From: Octopus sinensis
Taxonomy: Eukaryota
Length of the DNA stretch: 64,000 nt
Assembly: GCF_006345805.1 (NCBI RefSeq)
Contig: NC_043020.1
Coordinates: 31,124,001-31,188,000, forward strand
Direction of reading: 5' to 3'
Numbering within the stretch: the stretch's first letter is position 1; each line of letters begins with the position of its first letter. The translations under genes and the position numbers were made by a program. Positions 14,095 to 27,029 of the stretch are shown here, piece by piece. Below the pieces are notes generated by a model. That model saw nothing but the letters and a program-made list of their open reading frames with translations. It was not told where the DNA came from and did no database searches.

Positions 14095-14363
14095 TTCGAC
14101 GGATATTTGTCGTCATCTTGTTTGTTGTTAGCACGTTTCCGCTGATATACCCTCCAGCTTTCTTCAGGTGTCTTGGGGAAATTTCGAACCTGCCTGGGTT
14201 ATCATTCACAAGGTATTTTTCAATGTTATTATTATTATTATTATTATTAGTATTATCATCATTATTATTATTATTATTATTATTATTGTTCAGGTCACTG
14301 CTCAGAATCGAACTCGGAATCTTGGGGTTAGTAGCCTGCGTTCTTAACCACTACGCCACGGGC
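14095..14363 (-). mobile_element. SINE-like element: tRNA-type head, (AAT)n spacer, HHR-like domain
   Basis: A box TGGCGTAGTGG (14358-48), B box GAGTTCGATTC (14315-05), then CTGAAGA (14167-61), stem GCTGG/TCAGC and GAAAC (14139-35). Confidence 0.65.
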
Positions 14364-14989
14364 ATATGGCAGCACCCTCAGCCTAACCCACACCCCACTC
14401 TCGCATCTCCCACACACCATTCTCACCTCTCCCACACACCACTACACCCTACACCACCATACCACATCACATCACATCACACCACCACGCACACACTAGC
14501 ACTGACCACATCCCCGCCCCACATTCAAGGTCACTAGCCCTCTTCCACACGCACATATATACTCTATTATACACACGCACGTGCACCGTCGTTTTGGGAT
14601 CACCACTACTTTATTATCTCCCCTTCTTCATAGCTCTCCTGCGCGACCCCTCTGTCCGGCATTCGCCATGATAGATCGCTAGCCACTACACATTCTTTAT
14701 TTTCTCTCCTTGTTTTTTTGTGTGGAAGAGCGTAGGCTCGAAACGTTAAAGACTTTTTCACTTCCCGAGCGTTAAACCTGTCTTCGTCTTTCGTTTTTTT
14801 TTGTGAATTCTCCATATATATATATATATGTGTGTGTGTGTGGTGTGTGTGTGTGTTGTGTGTGTGTGCGTGTGTGTGTGTGCATGTACTTCTAAATATT
14901 TATGTGTGCATAAACACACATTTGACAAAAAGAGAGATGGGGAAGGAGAGAGAGAGAGAGAGAGATGCAGAAAATTTTGTAACACTCAC

Positions 14990-15068
14990 CAGGTCTATGT
15001 TCTTTATAAGTATCACCAATAGTGATGTAACTCATTTCAGAGAACAAACCAATTCTGTCCATATCCAT
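14990..15068 (-). CDS. CFAP96: CFAP96/C4orf47 (UPF0602) first coding exon, MDMDRIGLFSEMSYITIGDTYKEHRP
   Basis: Hand translation matches the recalled human N-terminus DMERIGLFSEMEYITVGDKY. Acceptor ttcttttAG at 15072-15071, ATG at 15068-15066, donor G|GTGAGT at 14990/14989, phase 1. Confidence 0.85.
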
Positions 15069-16140
15069 GACTAAAAGAATTTTAGCGGAAACGGTCTTCT
15101 ACAAGCAGGTTTTTTTCTTTTTCCTAGTAATGCTAACTTCAAAAATTGGGACAGGAGCAATCGATGACATAAAAGCAAAAAACATATGTTACAAAACTTT
15201 TTCCTTTTTATTTTTTTCTTGTTTAGTCTTGTTCAGTTTTCTGTGATTTCTTTTATAAACTCTCCTTGTGGTTTGAAATCGAAATGTCCTGTCCGGTCTT
15301 CGTCACATGTGTTATTGTTTTGGCAGTTACCAAGGAGTAGAATGGCAATCTAGAAAGTTGGTGTGACGCTTATATACGTGTACAAACAAATCTGTGTGAG
15401 TGTATATAACATACATATGTATATATGTATGTGTGCGTGTGTGTGTGTGTGAGAGAGAGGAACAAGAGAGAAGCAACGAGGAAAATAATGATAGCTGCGA
15501 TTCAAAAGGTGTAAAAGTTATGATAGCTCTTACAACAAAATATTACAAAATTTTATGTTACTGTATTACTGAATTTCACTTGACAGCAACTATATTTCTA
15601 TCCCTTCCTCACTTTATTCCTCTCCCTATGGCAATCTAATTTTATTATGCTTCCTCTTTCTTTCAATCTATTTTCGCGTCTCCTCTCTATTTTGTTTATA
15701 CACTTCCTATCTGTACGGTTGCCTTTCGTCTATAAGTTTCTTTTGCTTCTTTTCTATCTCATTTTCATTCTCTCTTTCTTTCTCTTTTCCTATGTCCTCC
15801 TCTATCTCTCTCATTCTTACTCTCTTTCTATGTCTCTTAATCTCCCCTTCCACTGTCTTTCTGATCTGTTTCTTTTTACTAGTCTCTATTTCTTTTAACA
15901 TACTCTTCACTTTATCTAGTTGTTTATCTTATTTATTCACAATACTTTTCTCTCTTTCTTCACTTTATGCTCCCCCCACCTCCACTTCATCTTCCCTTCT
16001 TCGTCTTATTGGCGCGAAACTGTGTTTTATGTCGTCAGAGCTTAAAGTATTTTCCTCGGGGATTTCTTCTGAATGTAATTCCTTGTTTTCAATGCTTCTT
16101 CCATTTGTTTTGCAAAGAAATTTATTTCTAGCGTGCTTCT

Positions 16141-16154
16141 GTTGTCTTGGTAAC
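16141..16154. promoter_or_regulatory. RFX X-box candidate upstream of CFAP96
   Basis: GTTGTCTTGGTAAC matches the X-box GTTGCCATGGTAAC at 12/14 positions, ~1.07 kb upstream of the ATG of a ciliary gene. Confidence 0.5.
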
Positions 16155-16223
16155 ATAGCAAACCCACAAAACCTCTCGCTGAAGAATAATACAGATTTAG
16201 AATAACACAAACACACACATACA

Positions 16224-16274
<51 letters not shown>

Positions 16275-16480
16275 TCTCTCTTTCTCTCTCTCACACACAC
16301 ACACAAAAGAGGAAGACAAGTACACAGATGTGAGAGAAAACAAATTGAGGAAAGGAAACGGAAATGTAGAATGTAAGAGGGTAAAAGGGAAACAGATAAA
16401 GGTCGTAGGAAGAAATTGTGGTTAGATTTAGGACGAAAAATATGCATAGATACATAAATACATATGTTTTTATGTGTGTA

Positions 16481-16516
<36 letters not shown>

Positions 16517-17378
16517 CACACACACATATATATATATACGCTTAAATATTTGTTGTGCAAGAATTTTTATGTGAAGTCGTGTGTTGAAACAGATATTGTT
16601 ATATTTCGGAATGGTCATATTGCCAGTTTAGCCAATAAAAACACACGCACTATATATTTATATATATACATATATATATACATACACACACACACACACA
16701 TATATATATATACAAATACACACACACACACACACATATATATATCTCTTCTATAAAATCCGTTATATCTGTCTGTGTGTGTGTGTCTTCTCGGATCTCT
16801 GGCATCCTCCATCCATTGCGCTCAAATTTGATATGTAGATACCGACGGTATCAGGGCGTGTATAAGTCTTGAAAAAAAAAAACGATTCCAGGTGAGAATG
16901 CGATCGATAAAGCCGTTTTGCCCTGCTTTTCTTCCGTCAACCTGTATATAACTGCACCTTCCATTTTTGTACTGCTTAAAGGCACGTTTCTTTCTTGCCA
17001 AGCTGACTGTTTAAACCATGTTTTTGTTCTCCCAGTCAACAGCCTTATCATTACTGGTACTTTAAACTCTTCGGTTGCACATTTGTGTGAATAAAATCGT
17101 TTTTCTTTGGAATAGAAAAAAGTCTATCCTTAATTCTTCTTTTACTGGTGTCTCAAGTTTAGGTTAAATCAGTGTTTCTCAAAGGGGTGGCCTATGGGAC
17201 AGTCGAACAAGTTGTTTTGAGAAAATTTGGTTTAAATGTTTAACTCAGTACCGTCGATTGGACGAAGGGCGTTTTGCTCGTGTATATATATGTATATATA
17301 TTTCTTAGTGTATCATATCTCGCTATCTAAAAGTCATCTCCTCCCCCTCTCCATTTCTTTCTCTCTTTCTTTCTTTTT

Positions 17379-17431
<53 letters not shown>

Positions 17432-17445
17432 TTTCTTTCTTTCTT

Positions 17446-17496
<51 letters not shown>

Positions 17497-17549
17497 CTAT
17501 ATAGTGGAATCTTTACATACATATGAGAGAATAAGGTGTACGTACGCCG

Positions 17550-17619
<70 letters not shown>

Positions 17620-17880
17620 CAAAATGGGACAAGAACGCAAAACATTCAAATAGACCATACAAAAAACACGGACGGGTCATTCGAAGTCTCTAATCTTCAG
17701 TCAAGAACAGGATCATCCTCGCAATTTCGGCTGCCGAAATTTTTATTGACCCAGAAAGGATCAAAGGCAAAGTCAACCTCAACAGAATTTGAACTCAGAA
17801 TGCAAAGATAGATGAAATGCCACTAAGTATTTTTGGCATCTGCCAACTCTCCACCTTAAATCAACCTTAAAATCAATCTT

Positions 17881-18110
17881 ATTTCTTACTACCCAAAAGG
17901 GGTTAAACACAGAGAGGACAAACAAGGACAGACAAACGGATTAAGTCGATTATATCGACCCCAGTGCGTAACTGGTACTTATTTAATCGACCCCAAAAGG
18001 ATGAAAGGCAAAGTCGACCTTGGCGGAATTTGAACTCAGAACGTAGCGGCAGACGAAATACTGCTAAGCATTTCGCCTGGCGTGCTTACGTTTCTGCCAG
18101 CTCGCCGCCT
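17881..18110 (-). mobile_element. Young, near full-length tRNA-derived SINE with ~15-bp TSD
   Basis: Minus strand ggcggcgagctggcagaaacg...gagttcaaattcc. Flanked by cttaaaatcaatctta at 17866-81 and 18109-24. An older fragment lies at ~17740-17855. Confidence 0.9.
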
Positions 18111-18344
18111 TAAAATCAATCTTAGCAGGGTTTGAACTCAGAAAAGTCAGTGGTGTAAAATAAGATGTGTGCAGCATGAAAAACTATACAGGGGCCACTA
18201 CTTTATATGTGTGTATATCCTGTTGGTAAAGGCATGCTTTATTTAAGGAAAGAGGTAGACAATTTGGTTATGCACAGGGCAGCCCAAACCCACACTATAT
18301 CACTGCAGAAAGTGAGGAATTATGAATACTATTGCAAATAATTT

Positions 18345-19005
18345 TTTGTGTCATCATCATCACCATCATCGTTATTATCATCATCATTACTTAATGTTCA
18401 TTTTCCATGCAGACATCGGTTGGATGGTTTTACAGGAGCTAACCAGCTGAAGAGCTGCCCAGGATCTGATTGTCTGTTTTGGCATAGTTTCTATGACTGG
18501 ATGCCCTTCTAACACCAAACACTTTACAGAGTGTACTGGGTGCTTTTACACAGCACAGGCACAGATGCATTTATATGGCACTAGTATGGATGTTTTTTAC
18601 ATGGCACCAGCACTCTCAAAATTAAGAACACTCAGCTAGAGAGGGACGCTGGAGATATGCCTGTATGCAAGGACAACCACACTTTTACTTAGTTTGATGT
18701 ATCTTCTCAAACACAGCAAACTGCCAGGAGTCTCGGTCCCCTGTCATCCCTTATGTAAGGCTCATTGTCTATAGATCTTTTCTCACCACTTCATACCATG
18801 TCTTCCTGGATCAATCCCTTCCACATATCCTCTCCACAATTAGAGATTAGTACCTCTTGATGCAACTGTCTTCATTCATATGCATTACATGACTGCACCG
18901 GTGCCGTCTTCTCTCTTGCCCACCACATCTGATGCCTCATTTACCCAGTTTTCCTCTCAAATCACTTACACTCTGCTGTATATGCACACCGACATTACCC
19001 ATCTA
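18345..19005 (-). mobile_element. Degenerate RTE LINE 3' end
   Basis: (CAT)n tail, 3' UTR motifs and ORF C-terminus homologous to 33543-34320. Confidence 0.8.
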
Positions 19006-19094
19006 GAGGCGTATACCAATTAAATGGATTTATGAATATAAAATAATGATTTCTGGCATAGACACAAGGCTCAAAATGTTAGTAGTGAGAAACA

Positions 19095-19578
19095 TACCAT
19101 TAATCCTCGAGTATAGTCCACCCTTGAGTATAATACGCAAGGGATTTTTAGGGAGCTGTACCTCTGAAAAACCTAAACCTTGTGTATAACACGCACTCCT
19201 TCTCTAACTTGAGTCAAGGAAGTCTATATAACGTCCTTGGTTTGTAAAACTTTTTACAGTAACGTCCTTTATTATTATTGTACATATAACATAATGCAAA
19301 CGTGTAGCTTTTTTGTGCATTTTGTTTGCTGAAAATAAAGAAATAACAGTAATAACGTTTAATAAGTGTTGCTAACTGCAAGTCATGGATGATTTAAGGT
19401 ATTTTCGCGCCCGACATCCAAAAATGTGTTTGAATAAACATTGCCGGACAGCAAATAGAAACTCGGGCATTGCTTAGAAAATAATTTTCATTTTTAACCT
19501 CGTATATAGTATGCACTAGGGATTTTGACCTTTACATTTTGGGGGGAAAATGCGGATTATACTCGAGGATTTACGGTA
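19095..19578. mobile_element. Tc1/mariner (pogo-like) MITE
   Basis: ~25-bp TIRs TAccattaatcctcgagtatagtcc and ggattatactcgaggatttacggTA, TA-flanked, no coding capacity. A related TIR fragment lies at ~19935. Confidence 0.8.
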
Positions 19579-20216
19579 GTTGTTTTAATTTACTTCAGTA
19601 CCTGATTAGTACTTTTCTTTTTACATTGGAAGACTGAAAATTGAAGTCAAACCAAGTAGGATTTGAACTTACCAATTTTGCCAATCAGTCACAGATAAAA
19701 GGTCATGTACATTAGATGTAATGCAACATGTTTTAAAATCAACCTCAAATTTGTTCACTATAGACTGGTGTTTCTCTACCATTTTTTGCCTACCCCTTTG
19801 ATTTCTATTTTACTCAGAAGGACCCTCATAGAGATTTGATATTTAAAAAAACTCCTATTGTATTTTTATAATTAAATATTATTAGGATTTTTATTTTAAA
19901 AAATTGTTAAAACATCAAGTGTTTTGGAGAAGTACCTTATATACTCGACTATAAAACACCTTTGCCTATAAGATGCACTCTAGACTTATAAGGTTAGGGT
20001 TAGGGAAAAAAGTAAAAATTGAAGAATTTGGGGCGGAGAGGGGGGGGGCATTTAACACTACCGATTTTTGGCAATTTTCCGGAATCTCCGTATCCGGAAA
20101 CAGCAAATTTGGGAGAAAATGGCGGAAGTTTTGTGTCAGTTATGATGTATAGGGATAAATATATTGATTCTTAAACAAGAGACCTTTTTCTACCACCTAC
20201 CTTCACACACACCTTT

Positions 20217-20275
20217 AAAAATAAGTCTATTACTTCAAAAATAAGTCTATTACTTCAAAAATAAGTCTATTACTT
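20217..20275. repeat. 20-bp tandem repeat x3
   Basis: aaaaataagtctattacttc x3. The paralog at ~23104 has one copy. Confidence 0.9.
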
Positions 20276-20877
20276 AGAAAGGGGATTAAAATTTAAAGGA
20301 GCGGGTGTTTAGCAATTTTCTGTTACATCAAGCTAAAAAATTTGCTCCAGCCTTTTAATCGTCAATGTGTTGCCGTCCATGATGAAGAAGTTTTGAATGC
20401 TTGCCATCGTGAGTCTACTGTCGTGAGAAAGAATCAAGTCAAAACTTGGTTTTTAGGGATTTTCTTTTACATCAAGTTCAAAATTTTACGCCAGCCGTTG
20501 AACGGTCAATACGTTGCTGTCCGTCGTTAAGAAATGCCAGCCATGGTGACTCTACTATCCTCAAATTCTATCCTTCAAACTTTGGTTTCCAATATTTTAT
20601 TATTTTTATTCAGCTCGCAAGTTCGTCTGTCCCTTTTAAATGTTAGTGTTTTGCTGTCTGTCTTGAAGCAGACCTTTCCTTTGTAACTGCCTGATATTTA
20701 TGATTGATCTTTCTAAATATTTTATTTCTCAACTTACTCAAGATATTTTGTTGTTTATAAATGGGAGAGAGATAGATAAAGATAGAGAGTAAGAGAAAGC
20801 GAGGGAGAGTCCGAGAGAAAGGAAGAGTAAGAGAGTGGGAAAGTGAGAGAGAAAGGAGAAAGAAACAAAGAGGGAGA

Positions 20878-21190
20878 ATCATCATCATCATCATCATCGT
20901 TAACGTCCGTTTTCCGTGCTAGCACGGGTTGGACAGTTTGACAGGGGTCTGGGAAGCCAGGAGGCTGCACCAGGCTCCAGTCTGATCTGGCAGTGTTTCG
21001 ACAGGTGGATGCCCTTCCTAACGCCAACCACTCTGTGAGCGTAGTGGGTGCTTTTTTCGTGCCGCCTGCACAGGTGCCAGGGGGGCTGGCAGCGGCCACG
21101 ATCGGTTGGTGCTTTTTACGTGTCACTGGCACAGAAGCCAGTCAAGGCGGCGCTGCAATCCGCCACGTTCGGATGGTGCTTTTTACGTGC
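20878..21190 (-). mobile_element. RTE 3' UTR, young copy
   Basis: High identity to 33543-33850. Confidence 0.85.
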
Positions 21191-21226
21191 TGAAAGGAAG
21201 CAACAGAAAGTAACAACCACACTCTT

Positions 21227-21258
21227 ACCCGCGCGTAGAGCGGGTCACCTTCAGCTAG
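21227..21258 (+). mobile_element. Helitron-type 3' terminus
   Basis: Hairpin ACCCGC-gcgtaga-GCGGGT, then CTAG (21255-58) followed by T of (TA)n. Confidence 0.6.
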
Positions 21259-21769
21259 TATATATATATATATATATATATATACACGACGGGCTTCTTC
21301 AGTTTCCGTCTACCAAATCTACTCACAAGGTACCATGCAGTGGGATAGAACCCAGAAGGTTCGTAAGCAAGCTACTTACCACACAGCCACTCATATATAT
21401 ACGCATACACACGACTGGTTTTATTCATTTTCCAGGTACCCAATAGACTCAAAATGTCATGCAATGGGATAATGGTGATAATTCAGAGATTTAAATGAAA
21501 TAAGGATGATTATAGTTGGAAGGGCAACTCTACTGAAATAAAAAGCATCAAGTCCTCAATACCTTTTGGTAGCAGCAACATTAGCATTTTGGATATAATT
21601 CATCTGTTTTTGTGGATCATAGAATCATCCATGACGGACGTGTAGAAGTCAGTTATGTCTACTAAAAAATATATCAACATCATTTAACGTCTGTCTTCCT
21701 ATAACAGTTGACTACAATGCTGCTATGCCAGTCATTGGGTATAATACCTTTCTATATATCCTGATTAAC

Positions 21770-22235
21770 TATATGGGTGAAGAGTGTCAGACTGCCAGAA
21801 GGGAAGCTAGGAGGCAGGTTTATTTAGCCAGAGGAGAAGCAGATAAGAAAAAATTTGCCAATGTTCTGCGCCGTGAAGACAAAAGACTTGAGGTATTTCG
21901 TGTTGCAAGACAGTGTGTGAGAGAGAATCGTGATGTGGTAGGAAAGAAATGTGTTTGCATGGATAATGGTTCACTTGCGCTAAATGTGGCTGCAAAGAGA
22001 GAGGTTTGGAGACGCCACTATGAAAGGTTGCTGAATAAAGAAAATGAATGGGATAAATAGAGTCTGCTGAATGTCGAGCCAACTGAGGGACCAGCTATCC
22101 GAGTTGACAGTACCTTGGTAGATAAGGTAATTAGAAGTATGAAGACAGGGAAAGCGCCATGCCCATCAGGAATTACTGCAGAGATGCTCAAAATATCTAG
22201 CGGTGTTGGCTATAGCCTAGTCACCCGTATAGTTA
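21770..22235 (+). mobile_element. RTE LINE fragment (EN-RT linker, RT start)
   Basis: AKREVWRRHYERLLN; KMKTGKAPCPSGITAEMLK-like segment. Confidence 0.85.
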
Positions 22236-22570
22236 ATCAGGTGATACAAGAAGCCCGAAATTTACTTCAATCCCATCTCATAGAATTCATGTGGCGTTAT
22301 GAATTTAAGGACGAAATCTTCGGAAAGTCATTGGAACAAATTCGACATCTATATCCATGCGTTTGAGATCTTACAGAGTCTAGCATAAGTATCACATTTA
22401 TTTTAAAACTTAACTTCAAACTTCATTTGTTTTATATTTTGATAAATTCCCTCTGTTGAAAATTATATTTTTTATATTCTAAATAATTTGCAATTTCAGA
22501 AAATATATTAACTTTGCATTTTTTAATTTGATAAATTCTACGGAAACAAACGAAGGTGCACGAGTGACCC
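22236..22570 (+). mobile_element. Merlin transposon 3' end
   Basis: LLQSHLIEFMWRYEFKDEIF..SLEQIRHLYP is typical of an ISXO2/Merlin C-terminus. Candidate right TIR ggtgcacgagtgaccc. Confidence 0.65.
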
Positions 22571-23394
22571 CAGATTGACGTCACACTTTTTTACTTTCCT
22601 CCTGACAGCTAATTCTCCGGTAGTGTTCTGGAATGTTCTCCTCCATTTGGAACTTTGATTTCTCTTCAATCTGGAAATATTTGTCTTGTTTTTTCACTGA
22701 AAATTGTTTATAAGTTAGTGCTTTTATGAATACATATTACTTAAAATGAATTTCGACGAGTAACGTTTGTAAACAAACAGTTTTCTGTATATGAGAGAAG
22801 TGAATATGGACTGCCGTGAAAATATCCAAAAGTTAGTTTTTATTTTTATTTATAACTCACTGAAAAAGATTTGTCCTGCTTCTAAGAATTGTGAAATAAG
22901 TCAACAGAAGAATTTCCAGTCATAAATTCTCGAAGTTGCTGTTTGTCCTCCACCGAAAAAGTAAGAATTTATTAATATTATTGTCAAACCATTTATCTTC
23001 TTAAGTTTTGTGTCAATTATGATGTATAGGGATAAATATATTGATTCTTAACAAGAGACTTCTTTCTACAACCTTACCTTCACACACACACACACACACC
23101 TTTAAAAATAAGTCTATTACTTCAAATGTTAATGGTTTCTGTTAAGACTCAGCAATTTTTAAACGAGTTCTTGACTAGAATTTGGTTTGTCAACTGTTAA
23201 AATAACTTTCAGTTCTTTAGACGTTCACATGATTAACAAGGCTAACGTGGGGTGGCTAGAAATAGCAGTCAAATTACTCTCAGATCCATACAAGATCATG
23301 CAATTGTTCAGTCTAGGAGCCCAATAACAAATCAACTTAGTTGTTTATTAAAGAAATCGATATTTAGAGAGTGAAAACGTGTTTTTCTCTCTTT

Positions 23395-23499
23395 TTGCTG
23401 GAGCACCGACTTTGGTCGAGCAAATCGACCCCAGGACTTATTCTTTGTAAGCCTAGTACTTATCTCTATCGGTCTCTATTGCCGTAAACACAACGCACG

Positions 23500-23543
<44 letters not shown>

Positions 23544-23556
23544 ACACATATATATA

Positions 23557-23597
<41 letters not shown>

Positions 23598-23735
23598 CGA
23601 CGGGCTTCTTCAGTTTCCGTCTACCAAATCCACTCACAAGACTATAGTAGAAGATACTTGCCCAAGGTGCCATGCAGTGGGATAGAACCCGGAACCATGT
23701 GGTTCGTAAGCAAGCTACTTACCACACAGCCACTC
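23395..23735 (-). mobile_element. Bipartite tRNA-derived SINE (head, microsatellite, tail)
   Basis: Reverse complement of the family at 41974-42369. Confidence 0.85.
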
Positions 23736-25118
23736 ATATATATACACATACACACGACTGGTTTTATTCATTTTCCAGGAGGGTGGACTGCTAAAAAATG
23801 CAGTGAAATCTGGATATGCTAGAAACAGCAGTCAAATCTCTTATATGGAAATCTTCATGTGTGAGTGTGCGTGTGTGCTAGTCACCCACCCCCACATTCG
23901 CTGGAAACCGATGTCGGTGTGTTTATGTCGACGAAGCTGAGCGCCTTGGCAAAAAGTGACCGATGGAATAAGTACTAGGCTTACAAGGAATAAGTCCTGG
24001 GATCGATTTGTTTCGACTAAAGGCGGTGCTCCAGCATAGCCGCAGTCAACATGTGGGAAAAAAAGTCAAAACTGAAGAAGTTGGGGGGAAAGGCGGGGAC
24101 AAAGTTTCACAATTCCGATTTTTGGCAATTTTCCGAAAACGGGGATTTTTGGCAGACACAAAAAAGGAATTACAAATTAATTTACACCATGGAAATACGG
24201 AACTATGGCGGCTGAAAATTGGTGTCTGACTTTTTGCAAAGCATTGTGGGATTGTCGTCTGTATGATTTGAATGGCGCGAGATTCAGTTTTTTATTGAAA
24301 TTTTTATTGAATATTGGTCCTGCAGAGTGAAAGAAGTAAGTAAGAAACTATTATTAGACTGGAGAATCATACTCCACATCCCCATTAAGGACTTTTCGTT
24401 TTCAATGTACTCGAGTGTTGTTGTTTATGTTATTGTTGTGAAGTGTGGTTGCATGTTCGAAATGTAATTAGATAAGTTTTCAACAGACATTCTAACTGAT
24501 TTGTCAGTCGAGAAGCATACAATCTCTCTATTTTTTAATTTGTTATGGCCTTTCTTAATTTTGGTGTCAAGATCACGGGTCTTATTTTTTGTTCGTTTTT
24601 GTTTATGCCTTTGGTGTAATTAGAGAAAGCTGACAGGAGTTTGGATTTAGTAAGGGTAAACTTTGCTGTACTGGAACGAAAACAATTGCAGCATGGAAGG
24701 TGTTTATAAGCCATTTAAGAAACACACAAAAACCGTTAGATTCACTTTAATATTTAAATTTAATTTGTCAAAATATTTTCGTTGTTTTGAGACTGCGACT
24801 TCTTCACTGACAAAATTCCGTGCTGCATCTGAGAAAGTAACAGTTAGTTCATGATATATATGTACGTACGTATGTATGTATGTATATGTGTACATGTATG
24901 TGCGCATGCCTATACGCATGTATGTATGTACTTATGTACTTGTGAGTATTTAGGAGAAATAGACGTGTCTGTGTGTGTACATGTGTATGTACTTGCGAAC
25001 GTATGTTTATGTAATATGTGTCAGTTCAATTTGTATACTTGACTGTTACCTTGCCACTCGCTATGCAAGTACATCTCTTTCTCTCTCTCGCTCTCTCTCT
25101 CGCTCTCTCTCTCTCTCT

Positions 25119-25199
<81 letters not shown>

Positions 25200-27029
25200 C
25201 AGATTGTAACATAGATAAATATATAGACAGAAATAGATAGAGTCAGAAGAATAGACATACCAACTACCAAACACCTAGAAAGATAGACTGCTTGATAGCT
25301 CGATAAATAGATAGATGCTTATGTTTTTTTATTGCTACTCATCACTCATTTTGTCCATTTTATGTTTCTCACCTGTACTGCCCTTTGTAAAGAATTAGCA
25401 AACTGAGCTGTTTTGCAATAAAGGCTTGAATGGATTGAGAGCCATATGATAAACTGGTGAAGGAAGCATGGATTTAAACTCTGCCTTATTAGTTGCTCAT
25501 TGGTGAAATAGCATAAAAAATATTGTTTATGGTTAAGATTTCTTAATTAATATCAGTTTCTATATTAGTGTATGCATCTTTAGTGAAATGATGATGAACT
25601 CTCTTACAATATGACTATGTGAATTGCTGAAATTATGGTATATTGTAAATTTCACGAATATTTGAATGACAGGAAAGCTATCCTGTTTCCTAACATGCAG
25701 ATTTATTTTTCCCAAGTCATTTGATTAATTGGTCATGTTTGTAAAACAGGGGAATGCCTCAAATTTTAGAGGAAGTGGTTAATTGATTAAATTGATCTTA
25801 TTACTTGACTTGCACTTTTTTTATCAACGATGAAAGGAAGAGAAACAAAGTTAGCCTCAACAGGATTTGAAACTAGAATATAAAGAGCTGGTAGAAATAT
25901 TGGAAGGTATTTTGCCAACACTCTAACAATTGTGCCTCTCCACCATCTTAAGTTTAATAGAATAAAATCTGTGAATGAATTTTTATGAATTTCTTGTGTA
26001 GTTTTAATGAAAGTTGGTCTCACATTGCTTGCATTTATATCTTTCCTGAGACATGTAAAAGTTTCCATTTGTATAATACTTGGCTGCTTGTCACTTCAAA
26101 TAAAGAGTAGTGAACTGATATTAAAGCCAAAATTTTCCTTTCGCTACTATTAGGATGTTTTTCATTTTTACTTTCAGGGTTAACAAATGAATGATTACAC
26201 TTATTGGTTTACATGCGAACTTTTGTTTATTTTATATCCTTCTATATGTTGGATATGCAAATTTCACGAAGCAGGGATAGACACAACTGTCTTCACACAA
26301 CCTACTTCAGATTACTCCACTAAACACAATACTCTAGTAAATAGAAACTCTGAACAATGTCAACAACTTCCATGAACTCCCAATGACTCTCTTTGTCTCA
26401 ACCAATATGCTAATTTTTTTATAAGAGTTTTGCTAGTCCATTCTTCCAATCCCATAGGGGTGCCAATGACTCTCACCACAACAGTTTATACATGTATATT
26501 TTACCAAAACAAGTATCCCCATGCGAAGCTTCACCTGTATGTAAGTACATAACTTTTTTGTTAATTTAAGTTTTCTGTTAGTTAACCATAGCTGTTTGTA
26601 AATTGAACACCTGTTTCTCTGTGTATATTGAACAATTTCCATAAGATATATATGTTTGCAAATGTAAAATATGTTTGTTTCCCAATGCCATGGTTTAGGG
26701 TCTAGTTCTACTGTGTGGCATTTTGGGCAAGAGTCTTCGACTATAGGTAGAGATCAACAAATGCATTTTTAGTGAAAGTGGTTGATGGGAACTATATGAA
26801 GCTTATTGCATGTGTGTGTATACACCATATCAATTATGTGATGCATGTTATAGGTAACTGTTGACAAAAAGTGCAAAATACTCATTGAAAAATCAAAATA
26901 ATTTAGAGTAATGTCAAGAAGGGATGTGGAATGGATAGTGAAAGGTCTGGCTTGGAAGGTGTCCCACAGTATTGCAGCCTGTGCCTATGTGTCATCTTGC
27001 TACTGCAAGAGAGTACAGACCATTGAATG

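Noticed and set aside
19990-20006. Telomeric TTAGGG
   Set aside because: Only ~2 units; also scattered at ~30418 and ~36190. Internal TE motif.
20290-20660. LRR-like protein on the minus strand (DGNTLTIKRLEQIF*LDVTEN)
   Set aside because: A TAA stop is shared at the same position in two repeat copies, with further stops and a frameshift, so it is better read as a non-coding repeat.
26179-26375. Novel 62-aa protein after a tttcAG acceptor
   Set aside because: No recognisable domain and no donor or partner exons found; at most a lncRNA exon.
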